The notes below the pieces were generated by a model. The model made no database searches. It had not been told where the DNA came from and was given only the letters and a program-made list of their open reading frames with translations. Below are positions 53,201-62,885 of a stretch of DNA of 64,000 nt, in pieces. Every line of letters starts with the position of its first letter. Positions within the stretch are counted from its first letter, which is position 1. This DNA comes from Tetramitus jugosus. Lineage: Eukaryota > Protista > Heterolobosea. The stretch lies in the NCBI GenBank assembly GCA_937625935.1, contig OW569378.1, positions 372,001 through 436,000 of the forward strand, in the 5' to 3' direction. The translations under genes were made by a program, and so were the position numbers.

Positions 53201-55579
53201 GAGCAATGCTTCTTCAGAATCAGCCTCAACGGAATGAGCAGCTGCGAGTCCACATTTTTGCAGAATATAATCACACCACATATCCTTTTGTAGCTGTGAT
53301 GTACAAAGCAAATATTTCGTATATCCGTCCTTTTGTGTTTTGGTATACAACATTTTTAAGCATAATTCCTTTTCTTCACTGAGTAGTGTAATGCCAGGAG
53401 CTGTTGGTGATGGGATCAAGTTGACAAGCATGGGCAACTTGGATTTTCCGTTATCGATACCCAATCGAATGGACTCAACAGGAGAGAGTGCCCTCCGAGA
53501 AGCAAAAATGTACACAACTTCATCAAGTGCAACAAACCATCGCTTTCTCCAATAGGCAGGAATATCATCCGATGTCTCAGAAAGCTCCAAAATATAATCC
53601 TCAAGAGGCATGAACATCATTGTTGGCTCACTTAACTTCTTGTTTCTTCGGACAGCCTCCATCGATAGAATAAACTCTCGTTGAAGAGTCGACACCCACA
53701 GTTCTCTGTCATCCGGAGAGCTACATGCCACATATAGTACATATAATTGATTATGCATAGTAATCATAATCTCAAAGCATTGCTCATCAGAAAACTTTTC
53801 ATTTCTGAGCAGCTTGACCTCCTTGGCAGTACAGAATGAACCATCGAGCAAATTAATCTTGAGAAGATTGGTGTTCGAAAGAGATGTTGATGAAGAGTCT
53901 GATGGTTTCTGAGCCCGAACATTTGCTTCCTTTGTTGATATGTACAACATTTGAGAGTTGTCATGGCGACACATGAGTCCCATAAACACTTGAACCCATT
54001 TGTTGTTCGATTGAACAGGATCTAATATATTGACCCAGCTTCCAAGCGTAATTGCATTCGAGTCAGAACCATTGGTGGGACTAGATACTTGCGGAGAAGG
54101 TGTGTTAGAGAGACCGTCTCTCTTTGTCAAGTTGGCTTGAAGAGTATTCAAAGGTACTCGCTTCCTACCACCCTGATCCTCTGGAACATCAAAAACAGAT
54201 TTCATATCTGATGGTTGCAAACTCTTCAACTCTGGAGTCTTTGTTGCACCGTTGAACCATTCATCCGATGTCAACAATGGCTTATTAGACAAGATTGGTT
54301 GATAAATATCTTCTTGGAAGAGTGCTTCTCCTGTGGCTTGCTTTCTAGGTATGAATATCGAACATGTTTGAACAACATCCTTATTCAATACCATAAATCT
54401 TGCAATTTCATTCTTTCTCACATCGCAGAGTGTTTTCGGTAACATATTCAATCCTGTCATTGTTGTCTTCGTGTCAGTATAATCATTCATGGCGTGCAAA
54501 TATGGTGATTCGAAGGTATCAACCTCAAACACTCGGATCCTATTGTCTCCTCTTCCTGCCAAATAAATCAAGCTTGATCCCTCATCGACAAACGGAATGA
54601 GTTGAGTGCTGCTCGTTGTGTCGTCAGTGATGGTCTTCGTAGTCAAACTTCCTCGTTTCATTCCCTTACGCAAATCCCAAAGTGCATACTGACGCTGACC
54701 AGACGCGTTGAAACCCACTGTGAAAAATAGATCGGTAGAGCCCAACCACACACTTCTGAATCCCTTTTTACCCTCGTGAGCTTGTCCCTGAACGAACGCT
54801 ACTCGGCTCTTATCTCTCGGATCAAATATACGAACCATGGTATCACGACAACTCGTTAACAATGTATCGCCACCCCTCATATTCCAATCCATACTCGTCA
54901 CCATGGAGTCATCAAACGACTCTTTTGGTAGTGTGATACGACTCGTCTGTTGTTTCAAATCCCAAATTCGAACAGTGTTATCAAACGATGCACTCACTAC
55001 GGTCTCTGCTGCAAATTTGTGAAAATGAACGAGATGAGTCTTCTTTGTGTGCTCCGATAGCGTATGAATACTCACATCTTCACTATTGACCGCACTGCTA
55101 TTCACAATAGGAATACAGTGAATCTGAGGATTGACCTTTCGCGTTGCTTCCTCCAAACTAGGCATCTCAACCTTCCAAATCTTCACAGATCCATCTGCAC
55201 AAGCAGAAGCCAACATTTCTTGATCATTGTAGCGCGAATTGTACAAATGATTGAAAGCAATATCATGAATGAGTCCCGTGTGACCCGTGAGCAAAGGCGG
55301 AGAAGCATTTGCTTTTCTGGCTTGAATGTTATCGGGTATTCCAGAGTGACGAATCACAGTGATACCACAGTTGGTGGCCCACGGAAGAGCAAAGCAATTT
55401 TCAGTAGTACAAATACCATAGCTCTCAGCACTGATACTAGACTTGTGAATATTAAGATTTGTAAAGTGTAGTTCTCTCTTGCATGACTCACCAAACAAGT
55501 TTTTAAAGGTTGAGAACCTTTGACCGGTGAATTTGGAGCCAATATTGGACCCGAAGGAACTCTCTCTTCTGTGATGCAT
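50279..55579 (-). CDS. Villidin-like protein: coronin WD40 + PH domains + two RRMs + gelsolin repeats + villin headpiece
   Basis: Coronin motifs (FKNLFG, AHEGKKG, AGRGDNRIR, VRKNEIAR, LFQEDIY), PH (WRKRWFV), gelsolin (LLQIKGK, SGDVFVLD, YFWQG), headpiece (LPKWKQDKQKQSVYLF). First plausible ATG at 55579. Confidence 0.9.
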   Translation of the reverse strand: MHHRRESSFGSNIGSKFTGQRFSTFKNLFGESCKRELHFTNLNIHKSSISAESYGICTTENCFALPWATNCGITVIRHSGIPDNIQARKANASPPLLTGHTGLIHDIAFNHLYNSRYNDQEMLASACADGSVKIWKVEMPSLEEATRKVNPQIHCIPIVNSSAVNSEDVSIHTLSEHTKKTHLVHFHKFAAETVVSASFDNTVRIWDLKQQTSRITLPKESFDDSMVTSMDWNMRGGDTLLTSCRDTMVRIFDPRDKSRVAFVQGQAHEGKKGFRSVWLGSTDLFFTVGFNASGQRQYALWDLRKGMKRGSLTTKTITDDTTSSTQLIPFVDEGSSLIYLAGRGDNRIRVFEVDTFESPYLHAMNDYTDTKTTMTGLNMLPKTLCDVRKNEIARFMVLNKDVVQTCSIFIPRKQATGEALFQEDIYQPILSNKPLLTSDEWFNGATKTPELKSLQPSDMKSVFDVPEDQGGRKRVPLNTLQANLTKRDGLSNTPSPQVSSPTNGSDSNAITLGSWVNILDPVQSNNKWVQVFMGLMCRHDNSQMLYISTKEANVRAQKPSDSSSTSLSNTNLLKINLLDGSFCTAKEVKLLRNEKFSDEQCFEIMITMHNQLYVLYVACSSPDDRELWVSTLQREFILSMEAVRRNKKLSEPTMMFMPLEDYILELSETSDDIPAYWRKRWFVALDEVVYIFASRRALSPVESIRLGIDNGKSKLPMLVNLIPSPTAPGITLLSEEKELCLKMLYTKTQKDGYTKYLLCTSQLQKDMWCDYILQKCGLAAAHSVEADSEEALLESMGLADPSEKRKSLSRSKSIDGSGSVEEDPGQIDIYPISENLTADDIGSTFQVFGVIDKIDLQRTGKFKDHAFITYKKMSAAEQALCLDMMNLDGHEISVTLVSQTAAKERSSEPGYLKIESVSHKVSNKDFLDLFLMFGEVELLKLWMNENNNSQTGYIKFATRESAEGAQWMSGSKLYGEAVVVKLLSGSDVPKNQAQEDALFSNQVDPTKVKQNQQKVLLQIKGKKRIRSRLVPIEFESINSGDVFVLDCGKVIYQWNGAKASKFKKARGLDVSTNLRVKERGGNAKVFIIDEKDDENTPEKQEFWSLILQKQLKIVDKKQPLPPPNMTVRSAEQGGDDLEFEQWIDSKTKLYRISYILEKEQQKLSLQATDLLSNKTGADVKGRIQVKMIHEGSQPSKALFKSEYVYLLDCFSELFIWEGKGSLQEQRQFAKKFAMKMEQGERRPTWTSTTKVIENGEPVIFKEKLSDYGGVLPIAVSSEAYQEKMGKNNVSQRAVQQVIDPISMMRLEPPNDPMFGNPSPETNVTTVWRVEGFEKTPYPNSLYGQFFSGDSFVIMTSYKTSNKDNYLVYFWQGRDSSINEKGASALLTIDVSSEFESAPQLRITQQHETKHFLALFKNQLVIHNGKYANYVNRLKQNPIRMFDVRLSSEYRDLRNAKLRAIETYEVNKDQLNQNHVSVIISSDQKNAFIWKGKFSHPTEHSAATDLIKKIVDRAPSIKTVNQGEETDEFYKLMNINAIDRIALKRQNKAIMDEQGVRQLKRLYIFNGATGAVVVDRVYNMAQEDLDNSNVMMLDVDNEIFLWIGTTSMHFVQKMAMEVAAKYAQCKSGLKDEPDRPKDIEKRMFIVRPCEEPAQFTTHFQSWGPYRDRLMKEIQEQVNRSADSSDNKGKKSTPKLELLSDKLQELARTTFSYDELLRDPLPKGVDPTILETYLSDLEFRIVFEMTREAFAKLPKWKQDKQKQSVYLF

Positions 55580-56002
55580 CTGATGGAGCTGAGTGTCTGT
55601 GGGTTTTTGTCGGCAGGAGAAGCAAAGTGTGATCTTTTTTTGATGTTTCTTGACTTGTCGCCAGCTCGGCGAGAATCTTCGTCCAGGCTTTTTTGACGCG
55701 TGACATGAATTTACTCCGGTAGAACGGTGAATATCCTTTGCTTTTACTTCAAATTTATCATGGAAGCTTCTGGTGTGTCCATCTATTTTTTGAGAGAGAG
55801 TTCCAACAGGCTTCCTCACAAGCAAGTTCAAGACTTTGGATAGACTTTGCAGGAGAACATTGGAATCAAGTTGTTCGCTGGCGGTTTTCTTTTTATTGCG
55901 TCGGGGCTAGAGCGCATTCGAAAATTCGAAATCGAATTTGTGCGCACTGGACCAAAAAGTTTTGTGGCGCAAACAAAAAACGACACACCCACAGCAGCTC
56001 AC

Positions 56003-58150
56003 ATGAACACGCCAACTACTCATCAACTGCACCACTATAGTGGTGGCAACAATAGCAGCAGCATGTTCCACGAATATGATCAAAGTGATGATCTCTTCAA
56101 CGACTCTTACCATCACGATGGCAACAATGACAACCATCAATCCTCTCAACAACAACAACAACAACAGCAACAACAAAAGCAAAAGAGAAGAAGACCAGTG
56201 TTCGTAAGCAGAGCTTGCACCAATTGTAGAAAAGCTCACACAAAGTGCGACGAACAAAAACCATGCTCGCGTTGTGTTCGATTAGGTCTCTCTGACACGT
56301 GTCATATGGCAGAGCTTCAAAAGAGAGGAAGAAAACGAAAGACTGAACAGCAACAAGACTCTGATGAGATTGTTTCAAATGAGAGACAAGTAAACAAACA
56401 AGTGCAGCATCAACATTATCAACAAGGTGCAGAAGAGAGTCATCAAAAGAGAGTGAGACATGATGAGTTTGGTAAGGAGATTATGGGCGCTGCCACTCAG
56501 TCCTTGCTCAATTTTGAGCAAAATCCATTTGATTTCGATGTTTTGATGGGTAATCACTATCAACACCAACAACACCAACAACATCAGCAACAACCACAAG
56601 CACAATATCAACAACAACCGATTGCAACAACAGCAGCAACCATGAATAACAACAACAATATGAGTGCCATGTTACCACAACAACAACAACAAATGATGTT
56701 TCAACCACGACCAGTATCTGCTGTCAATGACCAATCCTTGTCCTCGGTTGCTTCATTGGATCATTCTCCATTGAATCAACATCTTCACAACAACAACAAC
56801 AACAGTAACAATAATATTATTGCTCATGCAACAATGATGAATAACAATCATGGTAATAACAGTGATGATGATGCAGATGAATTGTTGGAACCGTTTGTGA
56901 TTGATGACTTTTTCCCTCTGGGTCAAAACGGTCACATCACCACAACTGCTACTCCAACTGGTCCTACGACTGCACAACATCATCAACAACAACAACAACA
57001 ATCAATGGACCCTACCAACAATAACAATAACTCTCCAACAACGAATCATGTCTATGACCACAATTATGCCAATTTTTTGCTGTCTGCCAATTTACCCAAT
57101 TTGGCTGCACTCTGCCCTAGTGCGGCCGCTGTTGCAGCACCTGTGATTTGTGATCAGTTGAGACATCAAGCCCTTGTACAACAACACCAGCAGCAACAAC
57201 AGCAACAACAAACTCATATCATTCAGCAACAAGCTGTTCAATTGGCTCAACAACAACAGTTGTTGCATTTATTGGCACAAAAAGTGTCACAATCACCTGT
57301 GATGGATGTGAGTACAAGCAGTAGTGGTAGTAATAGTGGTCTTTTGGCTCCACAACAGCAACAACTACCACAAGCTATGCATCAACAACAGCAGCAACAG
57401 CAGAATATGTCCATGAGTCACTTGTTGACAACACCAGTGTCTCCTGTTCATTCTCCATCGTACTTTGGTGCTAGTTCTCTAGATTTTGACTCATTGGAGC
57501 ATCAATACTCGTCACCTACGACATCAACTAGTGATTATCGTAGCAGTGTCGATGGTTCATCCAACAACACATCTTCTTCATCCCTCTCAGAAGAGGACAG
57601 TCTCAGAGAACAAGTCAGACGGTTGCAACTAGAGAATGAAAAGTTGAAGAACATGATGGTCGTCAACAATCAACCTACTGCCACTGCCGTTGCGAATACA
57701 GCTCCTCAGCAGAGCACAGATTACCTAGAGTCCATTCCATCACACATCAAGAGCAAGACACGATTCGAAAATCAATACCTGAGATTCAATGAAGGTGAAG
57801 AAGAAGTCGGTCTGATCGTATCTGCTAGAGATGGAACCATTATTAGCATGAATGAGGTCATGAGAGATCTATTAGGGTATTCTTCTGAGGAGATGCGCAC
57901 TGTTGTGAACAATTGGGGACAGATTCTAGATAAAGACTTTTGGCCAAAGCAGCTTCAATGGGCTGAGAAGAACGTATTCAACATGGAAGAAAATGCCGAA
58001 TTGTCCGATGTGGTCTTCCAGAAGAAGGGTGCCAGTGACCCTCCTAAAGAAAGTGATTTGATTCGACCTAAGGCCTTCCAGACTAGATTCTGCTATGATT
58101 GCACATCAAGAAGTCTTTTGTTCTCGATTACAAAGGTGTATCTAAAGTAG
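56003..58150 (+). CDS. Zn2Cys6 (GAL4-type) transcription factor with poly-Q region, zipper and C-terminal PAS-like domain
   Basis: ACTNCRKAHTKCDEQKPCSRCVRLGLSDTC; LREQVRRLQLENEKLK; DGTIISMNEVMRDLLGYSSEEM. Confidence 0.9.
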   Translation: MNTPTTHQLHHYSGGNNSSSMFHEYDQSDDLFNDSYHHDGNNDNHQSSQQQQQQQQQQKQKRRRPVFVSRACTNCRKAHTKCDEQKPCSRCVRLGLSDTCHMAELQKRGRKRKTEQQQDSDEIVSNERQVNKQVQHQHYQQGAEESHQKRVRHDEFGKEIMGAATQSLLNFEQNPFDFDVLMGNHYQHQQHQQHQQQPQAQYQQQPIATTAATMNNNNNMSAMLPQQQQQMMFQPRPVSAVNDQSLSSVASLDHSPLNQHLHNNNNNSNNNIIAHATMMNNNHGNNSDDDADELLEPFVIDDFFPLGQNGHITTTATPTGPTTAQHHQQQQQQSMDPTNNNNNSPTTNHVYDHNYANFLLSANLPNLAALCPSAAAVAAPVICDQLRHQALVQQHQQQQQQQQTHIIQQQAVQLAQQQQLLHLLAQKVSQSPVMDVSTSSSGSNSGLLAPQQQQLPQAMHQQQQQQQNMSMSHLLTTPVSPVHSPSYFGASSLDFDSLEHQYSSPTTSTSDYRSSVDGSSNNTSSSSLSEEDSLREQVRRLQLENEKLKNMMVVNNQPTATAVANTAPQQSTDYLESIPSHIKSKTRFENQYLRFNEGEEEVGLIVSARDGTIISMNEVMRDLLGYSSEEMRTVVNNWGQILDKDFWPKQLQWAEKNVFNMEENAELSDVVFQKKGASDPPKESDLIRPKAFQTRFCYDCTSRSLLFSITKVYLK

Positions 58151-58209
58151 AGAAGGAGAATTTAACTTCTGTAATTTATAAATTTTCAATCTTTCGAATA
58201 TATTATATA

Positions 58210-59382
58210 TTAGAAGATGTTCTTCCATTGATCTTGATTTGACTTTTCAACCTTTCTCAAGGATGATTTCTTTGTGAGAATCACTTCGAGAGCTGGTACC
58301 GCAGTGTTAGATGTGGTTGGTGTTGAAGGAGCAGACAGTGGCTTTTGCTCTTCCTTTGATTTCAACTTCTTGGCCTTGATGAGCTCATGCAAGCTGAGAG
58401 CAGGAGCAGTCGAGGTTGCATCCTCTTGTACTTGTTCATTGCTCTGATTATTGTTGTTCTCTTGTTGTGGTTTCTCATCTTGTGAAGTGACCACCTCTTG
58501 TTGAGTTTCTTGCTCCTTTGCAGCTGAAGCACCGGACAAGAATGAAGCCAGCAACTCGTCTCTTGCTTCCACATATTCCTCAGCTGACATGAATCCCTGA
58601 CTGTACATGTCCTTCAACTTGTAAATCTCTTCGACAATCTCTTCTGGTAAGTTCAATCCATTCAAATACTCTTCGTCATTGACCTCTTCGCCTTCTTCCT
58701 CAAACTCCAATACTTGATCATCTCCAAGTGCAATGATTTCACCTTCGTCGTCATCGTTATCATTACCACTTTCTTCACCTTGTTCATTGTCCTTTGTTAC
58801 TTGCACTTGCTGTGTCTGCTTTTCTTCTTGTTGTTGAGATTCTTCTGCATGGATCGTTGGAGTAGCAGTGGTCAATTCGGATCCGGATGATGGTACAGCA
58901 CTGACTTGTGTTGTTGTGTCATCTTCACTACTTTTCACAACCTCCTCTGGAAGAACAACAACGCCATCACATTTCTCCTCATCAGCAACAATGTTGGTTG
59001 TTGTTTCGATGACTTCATTTGAGTTTTGCTCCACAGCTACATCCTCTTTTGCATCCTCACTAACACTTTCAACGGTACTGTTGGTAGTGACTTGAATTTC
59101 ATTTTCAACAGCAATTGTTGTTGATGTTGCTTCATTGTGTTGTTCAACTGGTTGTTCTTCCTTGTCAGTATTGTTGGTAGTTGACAAGGATTCTTGTTGT
59201 TGTGGTTGACTGATCGTTGTTGTTGGTACAACTTCAGTGACTGCTGGTGAAGAAGAAGGTACTTGTGGTGGTTGTTCTTCCACACCAGTTTCTTTTGTCA
59301 CAACGCTGGCTGGTGTCACAACAGGCGCGGCATTGGTTGATTTTGAAGGCGATACCTTCGGCTTTGCAGGTTGATTTCCCAT
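58210..59382 (-). CDS. Acidic disordered protein with N-terminal MG, SHOCT-like domain and C-terminal WH2-like motifs
   Basis: MGNQ start; EEIYKLKDMYSQGFMSAEEYVEARDELL; LHELIKAKKLKS and LEVILTKKSSLRKVE. Confidence 0.65.
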   Translation of the reverse strand: MGNQPAKPKVSPSKSTNAAPVVTPASVVTKETGVEEQPPQVPSSSPAVTEVVPTTTISQPQQQESLSTTNNTDKEEQPVEQHNEATSTTIAVENEIQVTTNSTVESVSEDAKEDVAVEQNSNEVIETTTNIVADEEKCDGVVVLPEEVVKSSEDDTTTQVSAVPSSGSELTTATPTIHAEESQQQEEKQTQQVQVTKDNEQGEESGNDNDDDEGEIIALGDDQVLEFEEEGEEVNDEEYLNGLNLPEEIVEEIYKLKDMYSQGFMSAEEYVEARDELLASFLSGASAAKEQETQQEVVTSQDEKPQQENNNNQSNEQVQEDATSTAPALSLHELIKAKKLKSKEEQKPLSAPSTPTTSNTAVPALEVILTKKSSLRKVEKSNQDQWKNIF

Positions 59383-59563
59383 GTGGGACTATATGAGAAT
59401 TCTCTAAAAAGGTGTGTTCTTTTGTGTTTGTTGTTGTGGATAGGGAGAGAGTTATCTCACGGCCGTTGGTAGTTAGTCCAAGGTGCCCAAGTTGTCAACT
59501 TTCCGACATCCACGGAGAAACACGAAAATTTTTCGCGCTGGAGGGAAAATTACACAGAAGAAA

Positions 59564-60988
59564 ATGGTCACGTGTCTTTGTTGTTCTTGTTCGAGATCAA
59601 CAATCCTTTTCGTTTCTCTCTTCCTTCTCCTATCTTCTCTCCTCTTATTTCTCACTCTAAACTACAGTAATTCACCTGTTTTTATCCTCAATCGTCCATC
59701 TCCTTTACCCTTGAGTTTACAATGCCGTCAATTCAAGATTCATGACAAGGATACTGCTGGTACGGCTCAATCGACGTTGATCCACATTTATGATCAAGCC
59801 ATTTTTTCCAAGCAAAAAGCAATTGATCAACTGCATACTTACAATGAAACGAATCTGAGCACTGTTCCGAACGCGTGGTTCCATTGTCAACTACTGTGGT
59901 TCCACTATGTTGGTCAGTTGCATCACGGGAAGAAGAATGGAGTTGGTTACTTACTAACGAGTTATCTTCAGTTTCGAGGTGAATGGAAAGACAATGAGAG
60001 AAACGGTGCAGGTGAATTGATTATTTTTGAGAATATTTTGGAGTACATGAGTGTCATGAGAGGAAATTGGAGTAGAGATCAATTGAATGATAAGAATGCA
60101 TTTTTGGCTCAATTGTATGCCCCAATGAATGCAAAGCTCTATTATCAAAACAGAGTCAAATCGATTGTACCGCGTTTTCTTTCAAAGATTTTGTCGAGCG
60201 ATAGCGAACAGGCTGGATCGAATGAGAACAGTTTGTTCAATATTGGGTGGTATTGGACAGAGTATCATGGAAATGTGAGGAGCTATTTGGCTCATGGTAT
60301 TGGCAATGTTTACTTTAAGCGAACGGCTGATGTTCGGAATGTCACGAGTGATAGTGATGGTGCTTTTTCGTCATCTTTTCTGAATAATAGTCAAACTCTA
60401 TTCTCAATTAAGAATGGCAAGTTTGAAAATGGAATCTTGTCTATTGCTAGGTCAAGAAACACAAAGTCACAAGATCAAACTTTAACGACTATTGTTCTGA
60501 ATCAGTTCGAAAATACTTCATTTGTGATTGGAGAGTACCAGGATGAGTGGACAACAGGAAATATGGGTCACACTGGCAGAGCAACGCTATTGATGGATGA
60601 AATTGCCAATTTGGCAAAGTTTTGTGCTCCTTTCCTAGGACAGTCAGCACTTAACGAAACCGAAGCACGTCCATTCCTGTCTTGGGCTCAGGACAAACGA
60701 ATACCTGCTCAACAACTATCTTGGGATGGCAGGAGAGTGAGTGCCATTGCTAATTCAACTGATTTGCTGTCAGCAACCAAGCCAACTTCCGAAGAAAACC
60801 AACATTCAACTGTCGACAACTCTCTGATTACAAAATTGATTGACAATTGTGTGGATAGTGTGGCCAAAGAGCTACAAAACGCCCTCAACGTACTCAAAAG
60901 AATGGAGTTGTATTGGCTCACAGCACAACTTCGAGTGTCACGTGAGGACCTATCCTTGAGCAAGAAACAATCGAAGAAAACAAAGTAG
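59564..60988 (+). CDS. MORN-repeat protein with N-terminal membrane anchor
   Basis: Hydrophobic N-terminal segment; YVGQLHHGKKNGVG and FRGEWKDNERNGAG MORN motifs. Confidence 0.7.
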   Translation: MVTCLCCSCSRSTILFVSLFLLLSSLLLFLTLNYSNSPVFILNRPSPLPLSLQCRQFKIHDKDTAGTAQSTLIHIYDQAIFSKQKAIDQLHTYNETNLSTVPNAWFHCQLLWFHYVGQLHHGKKNGVGYLLTSYLQFRGEWKDNERNGAGELIIFENILEYMSVMRGNWSRDQLNDKNAFLAQLYAPMNAKLYYQNRVKSIVPRFLSKILSSDSEQAGSNENSLFNIGWYWTEYHGNVRSYLAHGIGNVYFKRTADVRNVTSDSDGAFSSSFLNNSQTLFSIKNGKFENGILSIARSRNTKSQDQTLTTIVLNQFENTSFVIGEYQDEWTTGNMGHTGRATLLMDEIANLAKFCAPFLGQSALNETEARPFLSWAQDKRIPAQQLSWDGRRVSAIANSTDLLSATKPTSEENQHSTVDNSLITKLIDNCVDSVAKELQNALNVLKRMELYWLTAQLRVSREDLSLSKKQSKKTK

Positions 60989-61246
60989 TACACTAGTGAT
61001 CATTTACAGAGTAAAATAACAACAACCCCAAACAATAGTTCACCCCAACCACCGAAGGAGAAACAAGTTGTAGTCCACAACCCCTCGAACTGGAAAGTGG
61101 CCACTCCGAACTGGCTGCACAATCTTTTCACACGCTCCCATTTTTTCCATGTTGGGGTTCAAAATTCTGAAAAAACACGACTCAAAAACCAACACACTTG
61201 CGCAACCGGCGAATCATCATCACCAAAGAATTTTTGTTCAACAACC

Positions 61247-62743
61247 ATGGATGCCAAGAACTCCACCATCAATCAAGCTGATGAGCAAGTTGTTTACAGC
61301 GAAGTAGTACACTCTGACAACACACCAAAAGACCCATTTGGTCTCGTTTACTTTATTATGGTTCTTCAGGGAGCAGGAACATTGTTTCCATGGAATGCTT
61401 TCATCAGTGCACCTGATTATTTCAATACCATGTATGGTGAGAGTACATTGCTTTATTTAGCAACAATTTATTCGATATCCAATTTGATGGGTCTCCTTTT
61501 GATGGTCTGGTTTGGCTCAAAGCTCTCCCTGTTTCGTATGTGTCATGCCTGTCTTTATAGACTGTGTTATGTGTGATTTTGCGCAAACCGCACAAAAGCT
61601 ATTTGGTGTTTTTTTGTGTTTCACACGCATTTCATTTTCGCGCGTTTTTTTGACTTGAGCTTTGCTATTGACAAAATTTCTCTTCTACATTTCGCATGTG
61701 ATCTGTATTGAAAATGATGATACACAGTCAAGGTCATTCCTGCCTACCTCGTTTTCATTGTCGTGCTCGTTCTCATTCCAGTTCTCGGTTTCTGTAAAGT
61801 GAGTGGCGTTGCTGGCTTCTCTATTACAATGGTTCTCGTGTTTTGCACTGCCATCTTTACATCTATTCTACAGGGTGGTATTTTCGGATTTGCTGGTATG
61901 CTTCCTCCAATTTATATTCAAGCTGTCATGTTGGGCAACGGTTTTGCTGGTATTACGACATCAGTGATTCGTGTGGTAACAAAGGTGACTATTGAAAGCA
62001 AGAAACCAGTGACATTGAAGCAATTGAATCTCTCTGCAGCCATTTACTTTTTTGTGAGTGCAGGTTTCATTGTCTTGTGCGTCATTTCTTATTTCATCAT
62101 GAGCAGAACTCCATTTGTTCTCTCGTACATCCAGAAGCAACAACAAGCATCATCATTGTCATCCGAGTCCAACGAGGAAGAATCACTCATTGAGAAGCGA
62201 GAGTCAACAGAGATTGCTACTGAGAAGCCTAGCGCATTCCAAGTCATGAAAAAGATTTGGCACATGTGTTTCTTGATCACATTTGTGTTCTTTGTCAGTT
62301 TGGCCATTTTCCCAGGTATCAGTGTGACGATTGAGAGCTATTACGGACCAACTTCTGTCATGGCAGACTGGTTGCCAGTGTTGATGATTGTCATGTTCAA
62401 CGTGTTTGATTTCCTCGGAAGATTGTTCCCAAGATTTATCATCTTGTTTGGAGAGAAGTCTGTGACTGTTCCTATTTTGTTGCGTGTCGTCCTATTGCCA
62501 TTGTTTATCATGTGCATTTATCCAAGAGTGATCTATCACGACGCAATTCCACTGGTATTCATGGGTATTCTGTCCTTGACCAACGGTTATTTGAGCAGTA
62601 TTGTGATGATGACTGCACCTGGATTGGTCGATCCTCATGAGAGAGAAATGGCTGGAACCATCATGACAGTGTTCTTGCTGTTGGGTATCTGTCTTGGATC
62701 CAACTCTGCCATGTTGATTGGTAAGGTTGTTGGTCTGAGCTAA
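61247..62743 (+). CDS. Equilibrative nucleoside transporter (SLC29/ENT); two exons (intron 61536-61727)
   Basis: GAGTLFPWNAFISAPDYF, FFVSLAIFPG, FNVFDFLGR, SLTNGYLSS; in-frame GTATGT..ACAG splice. Confidence 0.93.
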
Positions 62744-62885
62744 AAAACTTGCAGAAGGTACCGCAGCCAATAAATAAATGCTCTTTCGCCATCAAAAAAA
62801 TGGAAATTTTCTTTCGCGCAAAAAACAAACCAAAGACAATCATCTCCAGTGTCTTGTTGCTGTGATTAAAAAGTTGAAATTCGCG

